A DNA stretch of 30,838 bases, taken from IMG/VR virus record IMGVR_UViG_2917413769_000005. The stretch is one strand, 5' to 3'. Source of the DNA: a virus. Lineage: Duplodnaviria > Heunggongvirae > Uroviricota > Caudoviricetes. Positions 26,298-30,838 of the stretch are shown here, piece by piece; the first letter of the stretch is position 1, and every line of letters begins with the position of its first letter. The notes under the pieces are model-generated. The model made no database searches. It was not told where the DNA came from and saw nothing but the letters and a program-made list of their open reading frames with translations. The position numbers were made by a program, and so were the translations under genes.

Positions 26298-27184
26298 GCC
26301 CCCTCAGCACACTGCCCGCAGCTCTCACAGTTCCCGCAACCACCTGCCGGGCATCCCTCAACGATGCCCAAAGTGCCGATCACCTCTTTGGCCTTCTGGC
26401 GGTTGCTGGCGTCAGTGCTAACAGAGCGCTGCACGTCGATTTCATGCAGGCGGAAACGGTGGTAAATCTCGCGGGTGGTTTCGGTGTCACTGTTGGAAAT
26501 GACAACCGGCGCGCCATATTTGCGGTTCACTTCCAGCAGCTCCGCCGCTAACTGGCGGTGGTGCTTCTCGGTGAATGGCTCGGTGTGGTATTGGGTGAAA
26601 TTGGCGGTTTCGCTGGCAGGCAGGTACGGGGGATCGCAGTAGATGGCTTCATCCGTTCCAACCATCACTTTGAGGGTGTTTTGAAACGAGCTGCACAGAA
26701 AAATAGCTTTGGTGTCGTTGGCCTTCTCAGCAAACTGGCGGATCTCCGCCTCCGGGAAGTAAGGCGCGCTTTTGTGCTGACCAAACGGGACGTTATAACC
26801 ACCGCTCTGGTTGTAACGCACCACGCCGTTGTAGCCGTGGCGGTTGAGGTACAGAAACAGAGCCGCGCGGGCCACATCAAGCAAGCCTTTTGTACCGTTG
26901 AAAATGCGGCGGTTCTGTAAGTATTCCTCTTTGGAATTGCCGGTCGCAAAGAGCGGGCGGGCAAGATCAATCACCAGCTCAGGATTGCTTTTTACCTCAC
27001 GATAAAGGCGGATCAGATCTGGGTTGATATCCGCAAGAATGTACCGGCGATAATCGGTATTGAGGAACACGGAAGCGCCGCCAACAAAAGGCTCAACGAG
27101 GCAACCAGCCTTTGGTAAATGCGGCAGTAATTCAGGCATCACGCGGCTTTTGCCACCGGGCCATTTGAGTAGAGATCGAATCAT
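26294..27184 (-). CDS. DNA adenine methyltransferase (Dam-like, D12 class)
   Basis: N-terminal KWPGGK and catalytic DPPY motifs; RBS AGGAGA 9 nt before ATG 27184; Cys-rich C-terminal tail. Confidence 0.85.
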   Translation of the reverse strand: MIRSLLKWPGGKSRVMPELLPHLPKAGCLVEPFVGGASVFLNTDYRRYILADINPDLIRLYREVKSNPELVIDLARPLFATGNSKEEYLQNRRIFNGTKGLLDVARAALFLYLNRHGYNGVVRYNQSGGYNVPFGQHKSAPYFPEAEIRQFAEKANDTKAIFLCSSFQNTLKVMVGTDEAIYCDPPYLPASETANFTQYHTEPFTEKHHRQLAAELLEVNRKYGAPVVISNSDTETTREIYHRFRLHEIDVQRSVSTDASNRQKAKEVIGTLGIVEGCPAGGCGNCESCGQCAEGA

Positions 27185-27253
27185 CTTGCTTTCTCCTGGG
27201 TGCAGGAAGCCCGGCGCGGTGATGCGCCTGACTACTGGTTAATCATTCAGTGG

Positions 27254-27646
27254 TTAATTGACTGCGCCATCCGGCGCGAGTGGTGGTGATTCGCGTAACG
27301 CCTGAATTTCAAGGCGTGGCGCAGCGTGATCGGGAAACTCCCACGGCAACGCCGCAGCAAGCTCGGCAAGGCGCTTAATGCCTAACATCAGGCTCACTTT
27401 GTCCTGAGAGCTGAACTGTTCAAAAGGCATAGTGAGATGGGAATGAGTCAGCGACGGCAGATCTTTAAACCGCTGCGCAGCTTCGTTTGCCAGCAGGATG
27501 ATCACCTTTTTCTGAGTCTCGCCCAGGCGATTGAAACGGCTCGCCGTGTCATTGGTGCGGGAAACTGAAATGCTCGACTGCAAACGGGCGCGCTGTTCAA
27601 GGAACATCTGACGCCCGGATACTGGTTTCTCTTGTCCGATATTCAT
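27254..27646 (-). CDS. hypothetical early-region protein
   Basis: ATG 27646 preceded by GGGGGATAGGA; sits in the cox-to-A early region where P2 has B and orf80-83; no motif recognised. Confidence 0.45.
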   Translation of the reverse strand: MNIGQEKPVSGRQMFLEQRARLQSSISVSRTNDTASRFNRLGETQKKVIILLANEAAQRFKDLPSLTHSHLTMPFEQFSSQDKVSLMLGIKRLAELAAALPWEFPDHAAPRLEIQALRESPPLAPDGAVN

Positions 27647-27816
27647 AATCCTATCCCCCATCACTGCCACTTATCAGGCGCACCACTCGCAAGTAATGCC
27701 TCGGATAAGAGCCGGGTTTTAGCCATGCCCGGCGCATGGTTTTGTGGTAATTTCGTGATGCCGCCTTCCAGCAAGAAGCGAGCGGCACAACTACTACCCA
27801 CCCAAAAGGAGACACC

Positions 27817-28104
27817 GTGTCTAACGATAAAAAGCCAGATACACAGGGAGCATTTAACAAGCTGATTTCTACGCTTACTCAAGCCAATGAAATGACCAGG
27901 TATCAGACGAATGCCGTTTCATTACTTGCTGTAGCGATGTTTAATGCCTTAACTCCTGAGCAACAGGAAAAAGTCTTGTCTACTCTGGAATCGACGGCTG
28001 CTCTTTCAAATTCTCCATCTGCAATTGCAGGTGTTTCATCAGAAATTCACGCTGAACTTGCGCTTCTTCTCCCTGCTTTTGCAAAGCGTCGCAAACTCTC
28101 TTAA
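27817..28104 (+). CDS. hypothetical protein, divergent from 27254..27646
   Basis: GTG start with near-ideal RBS AAGGAG 5 nt upstream; 3' part overlaps the minus-strand ORF 27980..28342. Confidence 0.4.
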   Translation: MSNDKKPDTQGAFNKLISTLTQANEMTRYQTNAVSLLAVAMFNALTPEQQEKVLSTLESTAALSNSPSAIAGVSSEIHAELALLLPAFAKRRKLS

Positions 28105-28342
28105 TCAATGATTCGATTTGTGCACCGATCTCAGTAATGGAATCGGTGCTTTCCGTTGTATTTGGGTCGCAAACTTCAATGTGATGTTCTTCGAACCATT
28201 TAGTTACCGCACGCCCATCAGCCGCGCGATAATGAATGTAATAATGGTTGCCGCTTGCTATGTATTTAGCGCAAGCCTCAACGGTGCCTTTCTCGCCGCT
28301 GGCTTTAATTGATACTTGCTGCCCTAAGTCGAACTTAAACAT
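27980..28342 (-). CDS. hypothetical protein
   Basis: 120-aa ORF with a globular-looking N-terminal half; ATG 28342; palindromic site in its upstream region. Confidence 0.45.
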   Translation of the reverse strand: MFKFDLGQQVSIKASGEKGTVEACAKYIASGNHYYIHYRAADGRAVTKWFEEHHIEVCDPNTTESTDSITEIGAQIESLIKRVCDALQKQGEEAQVQREFLMKHLQLQMENLKEQPSIPE

Positions 28343-28374
28343 AATTAACCCCGTTATTTAGGTGAGTGAATGCA

Positions 28375-28394
28375 CATCACTTAATAAAGTGATG
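28375..28394. promoter_or_regulatory. perfect palindrome CATCACTT-AATA-AAGTGATG in AT-rich intergenic DNA; putative operator
   Basis: 8-bp arms and 4-bp spacer, 33-52 bp upstream of the ATG at 28342. Confidence 0.35.
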
Positions 28395-28428
28395 ACAGGC
28401 AGAAAAAGTTTTATCAGTTACTTAATTA

Positions 28429-28656
28429 CTAAAGCAGTTTTCTAAATAATCTTGCTAAGGCACTAAATAAGCCTTTGTTTATCTTCTTCGTATAAACAAA
28501 AGGCTTACTCATACCTTTAATAAAGCGCACCTTATTTGGTTCCGGTTTAAAGAAACGCCCGTCCGGGCATTCAATCCAGCCGCGTGTATTGCGGTAATGC
28601 GTGACCTGGCAACCGTGCTTTAACAGGCTGGCAAGTGATGGGGCGTTATCGTTCAT
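28429..28656 (-). CDS. hypothetical protein
   Basis: 75-aa ORF; ATG 28656 directly after the stop of the upstream small ORF; AT-rich cargo-like DNA. Confidence 0.4.
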   Translation of the reverse strand: MNDNAPSLASLLKHGCQVTHYRNTRGWIECPDGRFFKPEPNKVRFIKGMSKPFVYTKKINKGLFSALARLFRKLL

Positions 28657-28668
28657 ATTGTGTACCTG

Positions 28669-28842
28669 CTACAGTTGCCTACGGGCTTTTAGTTCAACTT
28701 CTTCACGGCGGGTTTTATATTCAGCAAGTGCCTTAGCTCTTTGCTGCTTTACTTTTCTACTCCGCAGTCGGATTAAAAATTGAATTAAATACAACGCAAG
28801 AACAGCAAAGAGAGAAAGCCCGATAACCATTTCAGTTTTCAT
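28669..28842 (-). CDS. small predicted single-pass membrane protein
   Basis: Hydrophobic segment VIGLSLFAVLALYLIQFLI followed by a basic tail; start ambiguous (28830, 28842 or 28857). Confidence 0.4.
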   Translation of the reverse strand: MKTEMVIGLSLFAVLALYLIQFLIRLRSRKVKQQRAKALAEYKTRREEVELKARRQL

Positions 28843-29092
28843 AACCTTTACCACCATTCAGCCGTTCAATAGTTCGCATTGCTTCAGCTAAGGCAAAATC
28901 ACGCCCATAATAATTATCAATACCGCCGTTATCATCCCGCTTATTTATCAAATACGAATTGCTTCGATTAAAAGCATTGCGTGATGATTTGCGGATAGTG
29001 AAGCCGTTAAAGACATAAACGTTTTTGCTTACCTGAACCAATCCCGGAATGCTTCCGGCATGTGACCCATGCTGTGAATAGCGCTTTTTCAT
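28832..29092 (-). CDS. hypothetical protein
   Basis: ATG 29092 lies 2 nt after the cox stop (TGATTATG); position like P2 orf78. Confidence 0.4.
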   Translation of the reverse strand: MKKRYSQHGSHAGSIPGLVQVSKNVYVFNGFTIRKSSRNAFNRSNSYLINKRDDNGGIDNYYGRDFALAEAMRTIERLNGGKGYEN

Positions 29093-29094
29093 AA

Positions 29095-29376
29095 TCAAAG
29101 CCCAATCCACAGTAACCAGGCATCGCGCTGCTCTTTCGGACGATTGAAATAAGCGTCACGCATCGCACGGTTGAATTCAGGGATGTAGATCCAGTTCTCT
29201 GAGCGGTTCGTCAGAGACTCAGGATTCTTCATCTGAACCACCGGCAGCTTGCCGTCACGAACCATATCGCCAACCGCATTGGCGGTTTTACCGATCATTT
29301 CGGCAAATTTTGGGGCAGGCACCGCATCCACCGGATGGCGTAATTCAATGTAGCCCTCTGGGTATTTCTCTTTCAT
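29095..29376 (-). CDS. cox: Cox-like excisionase / early regulator
   Basis: C-terminal ...NWIYIPEFNRAMRDAYFNRPKEQRDAWLLWIGL resembles P2 Cox; divergent from C; RBS AAGGGGA. Confidence 0.75.
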   Translation of the reverse strand: MKEKYPEGYIELRHPVDAVPAPKFAEMIGKTANAVGDMVRDGKLPVVQMKNPESLTNRSENWIYIPEFNRAMRDAYFNRPKEQRDAWLLWIGL

Positions 29377-29448
29377 GTGTAATAATCCCCTTTGTTGTTC
29401 AGCCGCTTCTAGCTGGCTGTAGCTGCTTCTGGCGGATGTTTTAATGAG

Positions 29449-29490
29449 TCAGATATGACCCATCGAAAATGAGGATAGATCAGATATGAC
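29449..29490. promoter_or_regulatory. C/cox switch region with two 11-bp direct repeats TCAGATATGAC (putative C operator half-sites)
   Basis: Exact copies at 29449-29459 and 29480-29490, 31 bp apart; the second overlaps the C start codon; P2 C is known to bind direct repeats. Confidence 0.45.
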
Positions 29491-29791
29491 AAACTCGTCA
29501 AGCTTGGGCGAAAAAATTCGCCTGATTAGAGAGGCTGAGGGAGTAACAAGGACACAACTAGCTGAAATGCTGGAAATTCCTTATCCATCCATCACAAACT
29601 ATGAAATGAAAGGAATACAAGTTACTGAAAAGTTTATGGTTAGCTTCACAAACCACCCAAGATTTCAGAAATACACACTTTGGCTAATGACTGGCAAAAC
29701 TGCACCATCTGCGGGGCAGGTATCCCCGCCTCTCTCCCCTGATGGGCCAGGAAAAACAATGTCACGCCGATCAGGCCTCAAGGCTGGCTAA
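29486..29791 (+). CDS. C: C-type immunity repressor
   Basis: 101-aa ORF with N-terminal HTH-like segment (GEKIRLIREAEGVTRTQLAEMLEI), divergent from cox and upstream of int as in P2. Confidence 0.75.
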   Translation: MTNSSSLGEKIRLIREAEGVTRTQLAEMLEIPYPSITNYEMKGIQVTEKFMVSFTNHPRFQKYTLWLMTGKTAPSAGQVSPPLSPDGPGKTMSRRSGLKAG

Positions 29792-29857
29792 AAATCTGGT
29801 TTTTCTATGCGCTAGAACAAAAAGCGCATAACGACAACCTCACTGGAGGGCTTCGCT

Positions 29858-30838
29858 ATGTCGATTAAGAAGCTCGAAGGTGGTCAATATGAAGTAGACG
29901 TGTACCCGCGTGGGCGTAATGGAAAACGCATCCGCAGGCGCTTCGATAAGAAGCAAGAGGCAGTACTTTTTGAGCGGTATGTTGTAGTCAATGCCGACAA
30001 AAAAGAATGGTTAGGCGCGAGCGTAGATCGCCGCACCTTAAGCGAGTTGTTAGATACCTGGTGGTTGCTGTACGGACAAACGCTGGAAAATGGTGAGATT
30101 GAAAAACGGCACCTGAGCAAAACAATCAGGGCGCTGGGAGATCCAGCAGTAAACCGTTTAAGCAAACGTACGATAGCGCAACACCGTAGCCAGCGGCTGG
30201 ATGATGGGATCAGCTCCGCCACAATCAACCGTGATATGTATCGGCTATCAGGTATGTTCAGCGCGCTGATCAAACTGGATGAGTTCAGGAAGGAAAACCC
30301 CTGTAAGGGGCTGGAGCCACTGAAAGAAACGCCGCCAGCCATGACCTATCTCACAAAATCAGAGATCGGCAAATTGCTGGATACCCTGACAGGGGATGAT
30401 CGACGCGTAGCGCTGCTATGTCTCAGTACGGGTGCTCGCTGGGGCGAAGGAAGTACGTTACGGGGAGAGCAGGTTAATCACGGGCGTGTGACGTTCCTCA
30501 AAACCAAAAACGGGAAAAAGCGAACGGTTCCGATATCGGAAGATCTGGAGAAAGAGATCAAGACCAGCGACACAGGGCCACTGTTCAAAGTTGATTATGA
30601 AAACTTCTGCGAACGGCTCAAAAAGGTTAAGCCCGATCTTCCACGTGGTCAGGCTACGCATGTGCTTCGGCACACGTTCGCAAGTTGGTTCATGATGAAT
30701 GGGGGGAATATTATTGCGTTACAGCAGATTCTGGGGCACGCCAGCATACAGCAGACAATGGTTTATGCACACCTGGCCCCTGATTATCTGAAGCACGCAG
30801 TAACGTTAAACCCACTTGGTGGAGGGCTGACGATTTGA
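29858..30838 (+). CDS. int: tyrosine integrase
   Basis: 326 aa with C-terminal catalytic region HVLRHTFAS...LGHASIQQTMVYAHL; RBS GGAGGG; stop is the last codon of the window. Confidence 0.9.
   Translation: MSIKKLEGGQYEVDVYPRGRNGKRIRRRFDKKQEAVLFERYVVVNADKKEWLGASVDRRTLSELLDTWWLLYGQTLENGEIEKRHLSKTIRALGDPAVNRLSKRTIAQHRSQRLDDGISSATINRDMYRLSGMFSALIKLDEFRKENPCKGLEPLKETPPAMTYLTKSEIGKLLDTLTGDDRRVALLCLSTGARWGEGSTLRGEQVNHGRVTFLKTKNGKKRTVPISEDLEKEIKTSDTGPLFKVDYENFCERLKKVKPDLPRGQATHVLRHTFASWFMMNGGNIIALQQILGHASIQQTMVYAHLAPDYLKHAVTLNPLGGGLTI

Larger units (their letters stand above)
510..30838. mobile_element. P2-like prophage, near complete (ogr through integrase); right boundary and att sites not resolvable inside the window
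   Basis: Contiguous set of P2-family structural, lysis, replication and lysogeny genes in P2-like order; int stop codon is at 30836-30838. Confidence 0.85.

Noticed and set aside
1-30838. tRNA genes, CRISPR arrays, IS elements or a DNA invertase
   Set aside because: No tRNA-like cloverleaf ends, no regularly spaced repeats with unique spacers, no transposase or invertase-like ORFs were seen.

Overview
This window is almost entirely a P2-like (Peduovirus-type) temperate prophage of an enterobacterial host, running from the late activator ogr (about 510) to a tyrosine integrase that ends exactly at the window edge (30838). All calls rest on reading the six-frame translations against remembered P2 family proteins and on motifs visible in the DNA; no database search was run. 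Recognisable modules: tail D/FI/FII/E/E'/T/U, tail fibre H and G, baseplate V/W/J/I, tail completion R/S, lysis (holin, endolysin, nested spanins), head L/M/N/O, terminase P and portal Q, a probable cos region, a Phd-Doc toxin-antitoxin pair, replication gene A, tandem Dam and C5 methyltransferases, a block of small early ORFs, and the Cox/C switch with int. I did not find one clear new multi-gene system. The observations most worth a second look are: (1) the sheath-to-U tail block is inverted relative to canonical P2 order, leaving D with its own upstream copy of a motif shared with the O/P late promoter region; (2) the tape measure gene is split by a +1 frame change at an A8 run; (3) the C5 methyltransferase locus carries methyltransferase-like motifs in two overlapping same-strand frames; (4) the accessory slot by cos holds phd-doc plus an unknown zinc-ribbon protein. 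No tRNA, CRISPR array, IS element or invertase was seen.
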